A DNA stretch of 53,108 nt, taken from sequence record SRR22947727_980. One strand, given 5' to 3'. A program made the translations under genes and the position numbers. This document shows, in pieces, positions 19,819-29,941 of this stretch (its first letter is position 1; each line of letters opens with the position of its first letter). The notes beneath the pieces were generated by a model. The model did no database searches. It worked only from the letters and a program-made list of their open reading frames with translations, and had not been told where the DNA came from.

Positions 19819-19892
19819 TGGGGCGTAGCCAAGCGGTAAGGCATCGGGTTTTGATCCCGTGATCGTTGGTTCGAATCCAGCCGCCCCAACCA
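19819..19892 (+). tRNA. tRNA-Gln (anticodon UUG)
   Basis: Acceptor TGGGGCG/CGCCCCA; D-arm GCC-AAGCGGTAA-GGC; anticodon loop TTTTGAT; T-arm GTTGG-TTCGAAT-CCAGC; encoded CCA; U1-A72 pair. Confidence 0.96.
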
Positions 19893-20119
19893 CAGTCTTT
19901 GCAAATAATAACTTAAATACTATAAATGGTTAATTTTAACTGCCAAATTTAAAATTGGACTGATATTTTATTAGAAACATTAATTTTCAGCACTAATCCC
20001 AAAAAAAATCCACAGATATGCATCCTAGCGATTGATTTAATATTTTTGGACGTGTAAGCGAATTCATATAATGATATAAAACTCTGTTCAATGAGCCTAA
20101 ATTATTTTGGAGGGAAGTC

Positions 20120-20935
20120 TTGGTGAATTTACGTATCGCCACTAAATCAATATTATTAGGGGTTGCAGCCTTAGTTGTTTCCGCGGGTAACAATGCTTAT
20201 GCGCAGAGTTCATCCTTGGAAACCTACAAGAGTATACTACAGCAAATATCTGACCTAAAATTATCTACAGCTCAGAAGGAAGTTTTTGTTCAAACTCAAA
20301 ATGATAAAATTTCTAACCTTCAAGGACAGATTGAAGGAATTCCGGCCACAACAGTAACTGTTGGTCCATTGCTTCAAAAAATGGCAGCAGCTATCGAAAG
20401 TGAAATATATTCTGATTATCCTTTTAAAATTGAAGAGCGTTTAATTCGTCTTGATAAGTTTAAAGAAACGCTAGATGATCCTGAGGCATCACCGGGTCAA
20501 AAAATGAGACAGGCATTAAATATATACGATATAGAGGTGGGTTATGGTAATTCAGTTTCTTCATATACTGGTAATAACCCTATAAACCCTGGTGTTAGAT
20601 ATGCTGCTTGTCAAGAAGATCAGGATAGTCGCGCTTGTGGTTTAACGGATGACCATAAAAAGAAAATGGCTTATAATAATGGTAAGCCAACAGGAAATGG
20701 GGCTTCAATTGAGGATCTAAAACCTGAGCTTATGGACGGCGCATATCTTCATTATGGTCGACTTTCTTTTGTATATCTAGAATTTGATAGCTCAGAAGCT
20801 TGGCGATATGATTTAGACACTAAGAGTTGGGTTGAGTTATCGGGCTCTGATGTATTGGATGTTAGGAGAGCAGTTAGAATTGCACGTGGACAATCAGCAC
20901 CAGGTGTTTTATCTGCTCCTGTACATTTGAATTAA
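20120..20935 (+). CDS. DUF3450 (TtpB-like) periplasmic coiled-coil protein, paralog 1
   Basis: TTG start after SD GGAGGG; signal peptide; D.PF...ER..R, IEVGYG, YGRL, AVRIARGQSAP motifs shared with the next gene. Confidence 0.8.
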   Translation: MVNLRIATKSILLGVAALVVSAGNNAYAQSSSLETYKSILQQISDLKLSTAQKEVFVQTQNDKISNLQGQIEGIPATTVTVGPLLQKMAAAIESEIYSDYPFKIEERLIRLDKFKETLDDPEASPGQKMRQALNIYDIEVGYGNSVSSYTGNNPINPGVRYAACQEDQDSRACGLTDDHKKKMAYNNGKPTGNGASIEDLKPELMDGAYLHYGRLSFVYLEFDSSEAWRYDLDTKSWVELSGSDVLDVRRAVRIARGQSAPGVLSAPVHLN

Positions 20936-21009
20936 TAAAAATGGGTACAGAAATGCTTTATGGTATTTCTGAAGTAAATAAACAACGAAAGCAAACTTGG
21001 AAGGAAACC

Positions 21010-21771
21010 ATGTTAAAATCTTCAATTGCAAAGCGCTTTTTGATGCTAGGGGCTGCCGGGCTTATGATGTCTGGCCCTGCTTACGCTCAGCTTGAGAGTG
21101 CGTTAAATACGGCTAAAGCATCATCATCGGCAAGCGCAGCATCTCAACAACGAATAGAGGGCCTTGATGACGAGGCTGATCAAGCGGTTCGAGAATTTCG
21201 TGCCGTTCTTCAGCAGAAAGATAATATAGCTCTCTTTATAGCTCAGCAGGACGTATTTTTGCAGTCGCAAAAGTCTGAAATAGCTAGTTTGGGGCGGCAA
21301 TTGGGAACTGTTGAGCAGATTAAGCAAGGCATGTCACCCATGATGCTTAAAATGGCTGCAGAGATTGAAGATACCATTAAGGCTGATATTCCTTTTAACT
21401 TAACTGAGAGACTTTCTAGAGTTGAAAGAATGAAAAATGTTTTGGCTGATCCCGATGTATCGCCTGCAGAGCAATACAGACAGGTGTTAAATGCTTTTAA
21501 AATAGAAGTATCATATGGTCAGGGTATAGATAGTTATGAGGGTATGCACCCGACTCGACCAGGAAACGTCGTTAACTTCTTACGTTTTGGACGAGTATCT
21601 CTTGTTTATATGACAAAAGATGAGTCAGAGGTTGGTAGATATAATCTAGAAAATCGCTCATGGGATATACTTAAAGGTGCTGATGCTTTGGCTTTACGTA
21701 AAGCAATACGTATTTCCAAGGGTGAAGCAGCCCCAGATGTGGTCTTCGCGCCAGTCACAGTTAGCAATTAG
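21010..21771 (+). CDS. DUF3450 (TtpB-like) periplasmic coiled-coil protein, paralog 2
   Basis: SD AAGGA then ATG 21010; signal peptide (..AYA-Q); DIPFNLTERLSR, IEVSYG, FLRFGRVSL; sits before TtpC. Confidence 0.85.
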   Translation: MLKSSIAKRFLMLGAAGLMMSGPAYAQLESALNTAKASSSASAASQQRIEGLDDEADQAVREFRAVLQQKDNIALFIAQQDVFLQSQKSEIASLGRQLGTVEQIKQGMSPMMLKMAAEIEDTIKADIPFNLTERLSRVERMKNVLADPDVSPAEQYRQVLNAFKIEVSYGQGIDSYEGMHPTRPGNVVNFLRFGRVSLVYMTKDESEVGRYNLENRSWDILKGADALALRKAIRISKGEAAPDVVFAPVTVSN

Positions 21772-21787
21772 GTTTGAGGGAAAAAAA

Positions 21788-23173
21788 GTGAGTAACAAAA
21801 TGAAATTCTTTACTAAGACAACGGCCACTATAATGAGTGCCGCATTAATGCTTTCAGCTACTGCTGCGAGTGCTCAGATAAACTCTATAAGTGATCTTTT
21901 GAATCAGGTGCGTTCAGATTCTGCTAAAACTGCTGCAGAGAACCGTGATCGTGAAGCCAAATTTAGACAGAAACGTAATCAGCAATCTGCTCTTTTAAGG
22001 CAAGCTCGCGGCGAACTCGGGGCACTAGAGCGTAAAGCGCAAAGCGTTCAATCAACTTTTGATGCTAACGGAAGAAGAATAGCTCGTCTTGAGGGCGAAC
22101 TTAGGGCAGCCCAGGGTGATTTTGGCGAAGTTTTTGGACTTGCAAGATCTAAAGCGGGTGAGTTTAAAGCTATACTGGATAGTTCACTCATAACTGCTCA
22201 GTATCCCACCCGAACTGAGGTTCTAGGTACTGTATCAGAGTCTAAGGCTCTTCCAGACTCTGATCAGTTAAATGCAATCTGGCAGTCAATGCTTCAGGAG
22301 ATTAAAGCGCAAAGACAGGTAGCTACTTTCTCAGCTCCTGTTGCTAATGTTGATGATGGGGCAATGCAGTCAGTGACTCGTGTTGGACCATTTTCGATAT
22401 TTACAGCTGAAAATGCTGACTTTTTACAATATACACCTCCTTCTGGAAGTGAAGAGAATACACTTCTTGCAAAATTACCTCGTCAGCCAGGCGGAGCAAT
22501 CTCTTCTGCTGCTTCTGATGTAACTAAAACAAACTCGGGTATTGTTTATGCTCCGATTGACCCAACACGTGGAGAGCTATTAAAGTCTTTCGAACGTGTT
22601 CCGGACACTGGGGAGCGAATTGCACAAGGTGGAACTATCGGTAAGATCATACTCTTATTATTAGCTATAGGTGTTCTATTTGGTATCCTTAACATAGTAC
22701 GTCTTTCATTGGCTAAGATGGCTGTAGGTGGACAGAAGCGTAATGCCCAGCCTGATGAAAAGAATGCTTTGGGTCGTATTATGATGGCTTATGAAGGTTC
22801 AAAAAATAAGGATGCAGATACAGTCGAGCTCAAGCTTGATGAAGCTATTCTTCGCGAGTCGCCCAAATTTGAATTTGGGTTGAACTTTTTAAAACTTGCG
22901 GCTGGTATAGCCCCTCTATTGGGATTATTGGGTACTGTTACAGGTATGATTAAGACCTTCCAAGCTATGATGATTTACGGTACTGGTGATCCTCAGTTAA
23001 TGGCTGGCGGTATTTCTGAGGCATTGGTAACTACGATGCTTGGTCTCATAGCTGCAATTCCTCTTCTAATATTGCATAGTTTCTGTTCTTCTATAGCGCG
23101 TTCTATTCAAGGAACGCTTGAGGAGCAGTCAGCTGGTATAGTTGCGCGTCATGTTGAAAGCCGTGGTGCGTAA
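21788..23173 (+). CDS. TtpC-like long MotA/TolQ/ExbB proton-channel protein
   Basis: GTG 21788 after SD GAGGG (ATG 21800 is an alternative); signal peptide; periplasmic coiled coil, VTRVGPF, IDPTRG; C-terminal APLLGLLGTVTGMI...GGISEALVTT. Confidence 0.88.
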   Translation: MSNKMKFFTKTTATIMSAALMLSATAASAQINSISDLLNQVRSDSAKTAAENRDREAKFRQKRNQQSALLRQARGELGALERKAQSVQSTFDANGRRIARLEGELRAAQGDFGEVFGLARSKAGEFKAILDSSLITAQYPTRTEVLGTVSESKALPDSDQLNAIWQSMLQEIKAQRQVATFSAPVANVDDGAMQSVTRVGPFSIFTAENADFLQYTPPSGSEENTLLAKLPRQPGGAISSAASDVTKTNSGIVYAPIDPTRGELLKSFERVPDTGERIAQGGTIGKIILLLLAIGVLFGILNIVRLSLAKMAVGGQKRNAQPDEKNALGRIMMAYEGSKNKDADTVELKLDEAILRESPKFEFGLNFLKLAAGIAPLLGLLGTVTGMIKTFQAMMIYGTGDPQLMAGGISEALVTTMLGLIAAIPLLILHSFCSSIARSIQGTLEEQSAGIVARHVESRGA

Positions 23174-23208
23174 AATTCCAGTTATAAAGCTGTGGAAAGG
23201 TTAATCAG

Positions 23209-23730
23209 ATGAATCCCATCAATGTTTATAACGGCCTCCAAGAGTTTTTGGGAGTTGGCGGAGTTGTACTTTTTGTGATAATGTTAGTAACTTTCGCTCT
23301 TTGGACATTTATTCTTGAAAGGTTTGCGTATTATTTCTTTGCACACAAACCTGCCATGTCTGAGTTGAAATTAGAGTGGAATGCTCGGAGCGACAAAACA
23401 TCTTGGCGGGCCCATGCTGTTCGAGATGAAATGGTTTCGCAGATTAAGGAAAAAACTGATACTAATGTTGGCATTATCAAAACATTAGTTGCGTTACTTC
23501 CCTTGCTCGGTTTACTTGGTACTGTTACGGGTATGATCGAAGTTTTTGATGTGATGGCACTTTCAGGCTCATCTAATGCACGACTTATGGCTGGTGGAGT
23601 CTTTAAGGCAACAATCCCAACAATGGCGGGTATGACAGCAGCATTATCAGGTTTATATTTTTCAACTGTATTGCCGCGTTGGAGTGCACGTGAAACTGCT
23701 CGTTTCTCTGATGAATTACAGGTAGGATAA
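23209..23730 (+). CDS. exbB: ExbB (MotA/TolQ/ExbB family)
   Basis: LPLLGLLGTVTGMI, MAGGV.KATIPTMAG. Confidence 0.88.
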   Translation: MNPINVYNGLQEFLGVGGVVLFVIMLVTFALWTFILERFAYYFFAHKPAMSELKLEWNARSDKTSWRAHAVRDEMVSQIKEKTDTNVGIIKTLVALLPLLGLLGTVTGMIEVFDVMALSGSSNARLMAGGVFKATIPTMAGMTAALSGLYFSTVLPRWSARETARFSDELQVG

Positions 23731-23734
23731 TATT

Positions 23735-24154
23735 ATGCGAAGAGGACGCCGTAAATCAGGTGGTGATGAAGCCGAAGTAGATATGACGCCAATGCTTGAC
23801 ATTGTGTTTATCATGCTCATTTTCTTTATTGTGACTGCAACATTTCTGGATGAAAAGGGTGTAGACCTTACTCAGCCTCCACCGCCTCCAGACAATGATA
23901 TACCAACAAAATCTACTCCTGCAATTACTGTGTATGTGGATGGTAGGGATCAGTGTTCTGTAGATGGGCAGGGTACAACTTGCGATAGAGTTTCTCTGCG
24001 TGTTGAACGATTGCTAGCTGATAAGCCAGGCGCGAGTGTTATTCTCAGATTAGACGAGGGTGCCAGGCATGAGCTTATGGTTGGCTTGAAAGATGAATTG
24101 GATACAAAAGGTTTGGCTTCGAAAATAGAAATTCTTCGAACAACTGGTTCTTAA
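23735..24154 (+). CDS. exbD: ExbD/TolR protein, copy 1
   Basis: DMTPMLDIVFIMLIFFIV TM with the conserved Asp. Confidence 0.9.
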   Translation: MRRGRRKSGGDEAEVDMTPMLDIVFIMLIFFIVTATFLDEKGVDLTQPPPPPDNDIPTKSTPAITVYVDGRDQCSVDGQGTTCDRVSLRVERLLADKPGASVILRLDEGARHELMVGLKDELDTKGLASKIEILRTTGS

Positions 24155-24204
24155 AAAGAATTTTTTGACGTATGCCTTCTGTGTAAATGAAATAAGGTAG
24201 TAAA

Positions 24205-24603
24205 ATGGCAAGACGAAGTCGCATTCAAATGGATGATGAGGATACAGAACTAAACATGACACCAATGCTGGATGTTGTGTTTATTTTATTAATATTTTTC
24301 ATTGTTACTTCAGTTTTTGTAAAAACGCCAGGGATTGAACCTTCAAAACCTGAGGCAGTAACATCTAAAGAGTGGAAGCCTTCTATCTTGATCGCTGTAA
24401 ACTCTGCTAATGAAGTGTGGATTGATAAGCGCCCATACGATGTTGATGAAATTAGACCTGTAATTATGTCAATGCAGGCTGAAAACCCAAAAGCAGAAGC
24501 TATTATTAATGCGGATAAAGATTCTGAGGTTGGTGTTGTTATGTCTGTTCAAGAAATGATGCAAGATTTAGGAATTGTCACACGTGTTGGAACAAGTCAG
24601 TAG
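24205..24603 (+). CDS. exbD: ExbD/TolR protein, copy 2
   Basis: NMTPMLDVVFILLIFFIV TM with the conserved Asp; IINAD. Confidence 0.9.
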   Translation: MARRSRIQMDDEDTELNMTPMLDVVFILLIFFIVTSVFVKTPGIEPSKPEAVTSKEWKPSILIAVNSANEVWIDKRPYDVDEIRPVIMSMQAENPKAEAIINADKDSEVGVVMSVQEMMQDLGIVTRVGTSQ

Positions 24604-24612
24604 GAACTAAAG

Positions 24613-25242
24613 ATGAAGAATGTAATTAGATGGATACTTGGATTTCCTGTAGCTGCTTTAGTTACTATAGGATTGTTTATATTGATGATGACTCTAATTG
24701 CGGAAGAGTTTAAACCGCAAGAGAAGTTAGCCACTGCTTCATTTGATATTAATCCAACAGTTGAAGACATAAAAGTTATAAAAAGAGATACTAAAGTTAA
24801 GCAAGTAAAAAAAGTTGTTACACCTCCACCCCCCCCAACTATTGAGAGGCAACAGGCTGCTAAACCACAAGAACGTATTGCCTCTTTGGAAGGAGCAATT
24901 CCGGATTTTGAAGCCCCTAAGATTGATAGAAAGAACTTCAAAATTGCTGTATCAGACCGTGATGCTCAGCCACTAGTAAGAATACCTCCTATTATGCCAC
25001 CACGTGCAGAAAAATCTGGGCATTGCAGGGTCAAGTTTGATGTAAGTCCTGAAGGAGCTCCATTTAATGTGACAACGACTTTTTGTACTCAAAGACTTTT
25101 TGAGCGTGCGACAATTAAGTCTGTTCAAAGGTGGAAGTATAATCCTAAGATAGTTGATGGGCGCGCTGTTGCTCGAAATGGAGTTGAGAATAAAGTAACT
25201 TATCGTCTTACTGACGAGCGTGGTCGCATTATTCCTGAATAA
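24613..25242 (+). CDS. tonB: Short energy transducer TonB
   Basis: N-terminal TM, PPPPP linker, C-terminal domain (GHCRVKFDVSPEG...WKYNP.IVDG). Confidence 0.88.
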   Translation: MKNVIRWILGFPVAALVTIGLFILMMTLIAEEFKPQEKLATASFDINPTVEDIKVIKRDTKVKQVKKVVTPPPPPTIERQQAAKPQERIASLEGAIPDFEAPKIDRKNFKIAVSDRDAQPLVRIPPIMPPRAEKSGHCRVKFDVSPEGAPFNVTTTFCTQRLFERATIKSVQRWKYNPKIVDGRAVARNGVENKVTYRLTDERGRIIPE

Positions 25243-25293
25243 ATAATAGTTTAACTCTTCTTCTGAAGAGTAATTTGAAAATTGGAGAAATTG

Positions 25294-26793
25294 ATGATGG
25301 CTCTTTATCGGAAAAAGTCTTCACTTAAAAAACTTATAGCGGCTACGGCTATAGCGCTCGTTTCAGCCACATCACTTCCTGTTTTGAGCGTATCTGGGTT
25401 TGCCTATGCGCAAGAAGTTACAGAGGGAAGGCAATTTTCTGCCAAAGCAGGCGAAGCTGTAAATGCAGCTCTTCAACTGATTAATAATGACCAGCACAAA
25501 GAGGCTTTAGTCGCTTTGAATGCTGTATTAGTTTTTCCAACACTTAACCCATATGAGCGATCAACTATTTATCAAATGCAAGGCGCCAGCAATTATGAGT
25601 TAAATGACTATCCTGCTACAATTACCTCCTTTAGAAATGCTATTAAAGCAGGCGGTTTGTTACCCAACGAAATAAATAGTCTGCAAGTAAATATAGCTCA
25701 ATTAATGATAGCTAATGGACAATATGCTGAAGGAGCTCAAGCTCTTGAGCGTTTTATTAATAGAACTGGGCAAGTTAAGCCCGCTTATATTGAAATGTTA
25801 ACCCAAGCATGGGTGCAATCAGAAAACTATAAGAAAGCATTACCTTGGGCTGAGAAATGGTTCAAAGCCGCTCGCCCTAAAGAACGTAAGCATTTTGACT
25901 TAATGAACTTTTTATACAACAACTTAGGAATGCAAGCTCGCCAAGCTGATATCGTAAAGCAGATGATTAGTAGGTGGCCAGAAGACAAAAACCTTTGGGA
26001 TGCTTGGGCTTCTATGCTGGCGAACGGAGGCCGAGAACAAGAAGCTTTTGAGGTTACTAAGATGTTGTATCTAGGTGGAGCACTAAATTCTGAGCAAGAC
26101 TTAATGAAAGTTGTACAGTATTACTCTTTTTACGATATGCCATTTCAGGCGGCTGAGATTCTTGAAAAAGAAATGAATGCAAACCGAATATCAAGATCAT
26201 CAGAAAAAATGGTTCAATTATCTTCTTTATTTCGTCAAGCACGTGAATACAAACGAGCGATACCTATTTTAGAGAGCGCAGCTGCAAGTTCTGGTAAAGC
26301 TAAATTATATGCTGATTTGGGGGAAGCGCTTTATAATGAAGGACAGTGTTTAAAAGCTGAAACAGCCTTTAAAAGTGCTATTAATAAAGGTTATGATGCT
26401 GGTAAATCTTGGATGTTAATTGCCACATGCCGTTATGAGGACACACAAAAACAAGCAAGAATTAATTGTAAAATGTCTGAAGAAGAAAAGCGTTCAGCAC
26501 CAATTACTAAATCACGTGAAAGCGCTATACAGGCATTTGAGCAAGTTCCAAGTTCATCACGCGAGGGAAGAAACGCTAAAAAATGGATTTCGTTCATAAA
26601 AGCAGAACGCCAAGCTGTTGAAAATCGATGTATTTTTGAAGCTAACGTGGTTAAAGAGCTTTGTTTTGCAATTATTAAAGGTGCTTACGATAATGAGGTT
26701 TTTGTTGGAAGATTTGATCTCGATGATCCAAAGTGTGAGGCCTTTAAGGAAGAGTACGATTCCAAGTATCGTGTAAAAATAGTTGAAAGATAG
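25294..26793 (+). CDS. Periplasmic tetratricopeptide-repeat protein (TtpD-like)
   Basis: SD GGAG; signal peptide (..AYA-Q); multiple TPR-like helices; last gene of the Ton operon. Confidence 0.82.
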   Translation: MMALYRKKSSLKKLIAATAIALVSATSLPVLSVSGFAYAQEVTEGRQFSAKAGEAVNAALQLINNDQHKEALVALNAVLVFPTLNPYERSTIYQMQGASNYELNDYPATITSFRNAIKAGGLLPNEINSLQVNIAQLMIANGQYAEGAQALERFINRTGQVKPAYIEMLTQAWVQSENYKKALPWAEKWFKAARPKERKHFDLMNFLYNNLGMQARQADIVKQMISRWPEDKNLWDAWASMLANGGREQEAFEVTKMLYLGGALNSEQDLMKVVQYYSFYDMPFQAAEILEKEMNANRISRSSEKMVQLSSLFRQAREYKRAIPILESAAASSGKAKLYADLGEALYNEGQCLKAETAFKSAINKGYDAGKSWMLIATCRYEDTQKQARINCKMSEEEKRSAPITKSRESAIQAFEQVPSSSREGRNAKKWISFIKAERQAVENRCIFEANVVKELCFAIIKGAYDNEVFVGRFDLDDPKCEAFKEEYDSKYRVKIVER

Positions 26794-26825
26794 TAATTAG
26801 GTATTATTTTTGTTGTTTTTTGGTT

Positions 26826-28931
26826 CTATAAAATAGAAATTATAAAGGCATATTCTAGCGAAACTTCTTTGAGCGAATCATATCTTCCTGATTGGCCTTG
26901 ATGCCCTGAATCCATATTTATTTTTAGTAGGATGGGGGAATTACCTTGCTGATTTTCACGCAGTATAGCTGCCCACTTTGCGGGCTCCCAATAAGTAACC
27001 CTGGGATCGGTTAGTCCGCCAGTAATTAGTATGGGCGGATAATCATTTTTAACTACATTTTCATAGGGCGAATAAGCTGCAATGCAATCATAGTCTTCGG
27101 AATTAACCAATGGATTACCCCATTCAGGCCATTCTGGCGGTGTTAATGGAAGTTCACTATCTGACATTGTATTGAGTACGTCTACAAAGGGTACGGCTGC
27201 TACAGCTCCGGCAAACAACTCAGGAGCTTGGTTAATGGCTGCACCTACAAGAAGACCACCCGCAGAGCCTCCATATGCGCAAATTATACCGGGTGAGGTA
27301 TATTTTTTCTCACAAAGCCCTTTTCCGACATCTATATAGTCATTAAAGGTATTCTTTTTTTTCTGAAGCTTTCCATCTAGGTACCATTGATAACCCTTAG
27401 ACATTCCTCCTCTAATGTGAGCAATTGCATATGTAATGCCACGATCAACTAGGGGTAGTATTGAAGTTCTAAAGCTAGCTGGTATTGTAATACCGTATGA
27501 ACCATACCCGTACAGTAAAAGTGGTGAATTGCCATCTTGAATAAAACTCGAATTGTAGAGAAGAGTAACTGGAATATTAGAACCATCTCTCGCTTTTATG
27601 TCAATTCTTTCACATTTATAATCAGTCGTTGTGTGCCCACTTGGAACTTTCTGAGTTTTCAGTAGATCTCTTTTATGAGTCTGCATATTATAATCATATA
27701 TTTGATTGGGTGTAGTGGGTGAAGAATATGAATACCGAAGATATTGAGTTCTATATTCATACCCCGGTAAAAGACTTATACTATAAGCCTGTTCATCGAA
27801 ATTGATTACTTTTTCTGAGCTATCTTCTAGGTTTCTAATTATGATTTTTGGGAGGGCATTTTCTCTGACTAGTCTAACCAAGTAATTTGAAAAAGTTCTT
27901 AATTCTAAAATCAATGTTCCAGGCTGATGAGGTATAACTATATTCCAATTTTTGCAATCTAGTTCGTTGATGCTTGTTTGCATAACTGCAAAATCTGTAG
28001 AGTTATTATAATTTGTTAGTATATATAAACTTTCATTATGATCGTGAATGCTGTATTCATGACCTGGGGATCGTTTATTAATACAAACTGGCTTATCGTA
28101 AGGTTTATTTGAAGGGATTACCCATACTTCATTAGTAGTGTGGTTGTGAATATTAATTTTAATATAATTGCCACTATCTGTTTCTCCTACGGATACAAAA
28201 AAACTAGGGTCTTTTTCTAGATAAACTAACTTTGGTTTATCTGATAAATCATGGATATTTTTGGCATAGACAGCGCAAGGTCTTTGGTTGTTATCACGCT
28301 CAACCCAAAATAGAATATTATTATCTTTAGCCCATTGAATTTCCCCATTACTATTTATTATTTTTGTAGTGTGAGCCTCACCAAGCATAGGCTTAATAAA
28401 TATTTCATAGTTTTCCGCTCCTGATCCATCAACTGCATAAGCTAACCATTCATGATTTTTACTATGGGCTATGTCGCCAATGTCAAAATAAGATGGGTAA
28501 GATTTTGAAAGTTTTTCTGCATCAAGTATTATTTGTGGTTGATTTAATACTTCTCTAGTTGCTTGATTAATTGGAAAGCGCTGGTAGATGCCATGTTCAT
28601 GATTAACTTCGTATTTGTGATTATATGCATATTTGTAATCTGGCGATGGTACCGTTGCGGTGTTTGGCTCTAAACGACCTTTCATTTCTTGAAGTAGTTT
28701 TTCCCTAAGAGGTTTTAAGTCTTCCAGTACCTGTTCAGTATAAAGGTTTTCTTTCAATAAGTGTTTATTTATTTCAGGGTTTAATTTAGACGTATTTGTC
28801 ATTACGTCTTGCCAGTTATCGTCTTTAAGCCAGCTATAATTATCATATCTAGTTTTATTTAACTGTTTTATAGTTTTTCGGACTTTTTTTGTAATTGGTG
28901 GCGAAACATTCGTTCTTAAATTTTTTAACAT
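26826..28931 (-). CDS. ptrB: Oligopeptidase B (S9A family)
   Basis: DNYSWL, YGYGSYG, nucleophile GGSAGG, LTPPEWPEWGNP, DPRV, SGH. Confidence 0.93.
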   Translation of the reverse strand: MLKNLRTNVSPPITKKVRKTIKQLNKTRYDNYSWLKDDNWQDVMTNTSKLNPEINKHLLKENLYTEQVLEDLKPLREKLLQEMKGRLEPNTATVPSPDYKYAYNHKYEVNHEHGIYQRFPINQATREVLNQPQIILDAEKLSKSYPSYFDIGDIAHSKNHEWLAYAVDGSGAENYEIFIKPMLGEAHTTKIINSNGEIQWAKDNNILFWVERDNNQRPCAVYAKNIHDLSDKPKLVYLEKDPSFFVSVGETDSGNYIKINIHNHTTNEVWVIPSNKPYDKPVCINKRSPGHEYSIHDHNESLYILTNYNNSTDFAVMQTSINELDCKNWNIVIPHQPGTLILELRTFSNYLVRLVRENALPKIIIRNLEDSSEKVINFDEQAYSISLLPGYEYRTQYLRYSYSSPTTPNQIYDYNMQTHKRDLLKTQKVPSGHTTTDYKCERIDIKARDGSNIPVTLLYNSSFIQDGNSPLLLYGYGSYGITIPASFRTSILPLVDRGITYAIAHIRGGMSKGYQWYLDGKLQKKKNTFNDYIDVGKGLCEKKYTSPGIICAYGGSAGGLLVGAAINQAPELFAGAVAAVPFVDVLNTMSDSELPLTPPEWPEWGNPLVNSEDYDCIAAYSPYENVVKNDYPPILITGGLTDPRVTYWEPAKWAAILRENQQGNSPILLKINMDSGHQGQSGRYDSLKEVSLEYAFIISIL

Positions 28932-29140
28932 TATAATGATTTAAACTGATGCAGAAAAACAGGCAAGGATTGCTTTCAAATAAGGTTTAAAAATGTGTTA
29001 AGATAATTAATTGAACTATAATCAAGTATATGCACAAATTTTTTGAATAATTTATTTTTTTTTTGTTCTATTTTACTTCCACTTGAGAGATGACATGTTT
29101 ATGTATTAAAGGTATTATTCATTTGAACGGAGCATTTTTA

Positions 29141-29629
29141 ATGCGTCATGCATCTCTTTTGACACTGGCTATGGCGGCGACTTGGCTTATGCTCTCAGGT
29201 TATTTCATTGGCATGATTTTAACTTTTGGCATTATCTCAATAATCTTGGTGGTGTGGATGACTAAAAGATTATCTATTCTCGATAATGAAAGTGTTCCAT
29301 ATTTAAATATATTAAAGACATGTAAATATTACATATGGTTATTTATAGAAATAGTTAAGGCCAATATTCAAGTAGTAAAAGCTGTGATAGGTTCTAATGC
29401 GGAAATTAGCCCTTCATTAATAAAAATACCTATGCATACTGATATTGATATAGCTCAAACAATGTTTGCAAACTCTATTACACTTACGCCGGGAACGGTA
29501 AGCGTAGATGTTCAAAAAGACCATATTTTGGTTCATGCTTTATTGAAGGAAATGAGTAAACCAGAAGATTTTTATGAAATGCATTGTCGTTCAGCAAAAG
29601 CTGTAAGCATTGATTTGAAAGACAACTAA
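29141..29629 (+). CDS. mnhE: Mrp/Mnh antiporter subunit E
   Basis: ANSITLTPGT, LVHAL; ATG 29141 after SD GGAG. Confidence 0.92.
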   Translation: MRHASLLTLAMAATWLMLSGYFIGMILTFGIISIILVVWMTKRLSILDNESVPYLNILKTCKYYIWLFIEIVKANIQVVKAVIGSNAEISPSLIKIPMHTDIDIAQTMFANSITLTPGTVSVDVQKDHILVHALLKEMSKPEDFYEMHCRSAKAVSIDLKDN

Positions 29630-29941
29630 ATGGTCATATTTTTAGAATACTTTAACCTAGGCGCTGCATTTTTTATTATCATATGTATGGTATTAATGTT
29701 AGGCCGTTTATTGGGTGGACCAACATTATATGATAGGTTATTGGCGGTAAATTCTTTTGGCACTAAGACTATAATATTTCTCTGTATTTTTTGTTTTATT
29801 ATCAATAGGCCAGATGGCTTAGATATCGCTTTATTATATGCCCTGATGAATTTCATAGCAACAATTGCTGTTTTGAAGTTTTTTAATTATCGTTGTCTTG
29901 GTGTTTCTTTAATAAAAGAGCAGATGGAGGCGGAGGAATGA
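29630..29941 (+). CDS. mnhF: Mrp/Mnh antiporter subunit F
   Basis: GPTLYDRLLA, LDIALLYA. Confidence 0.92.
   Translation: MVIFLEYFNLGAAFFIIICMVLMLGRLLGGPTLYDRLLAVNSFGTKTIIFLCIFCFIINRPDGLDIALLYALMNFIATIAVLKFFNYRCLGVSLIKEQMEAEE

Noticed and set aside
19819-20120. tRNA-Gln as an integration site for a genomic island
   Set aside because: No integrase, no duplicated tRNA 3' end seen in the window and no phage or IS genes; the flanking receptor and Ton genes are functionally coherent.
28987-29001. TTAA-N7-TTAA between ptrB and mnhE as a CtrA box
   Set aside because: It lacks the terminal C of TTAAC in full-site register and lies in very AT-rich DNA where such matches arise by chance.
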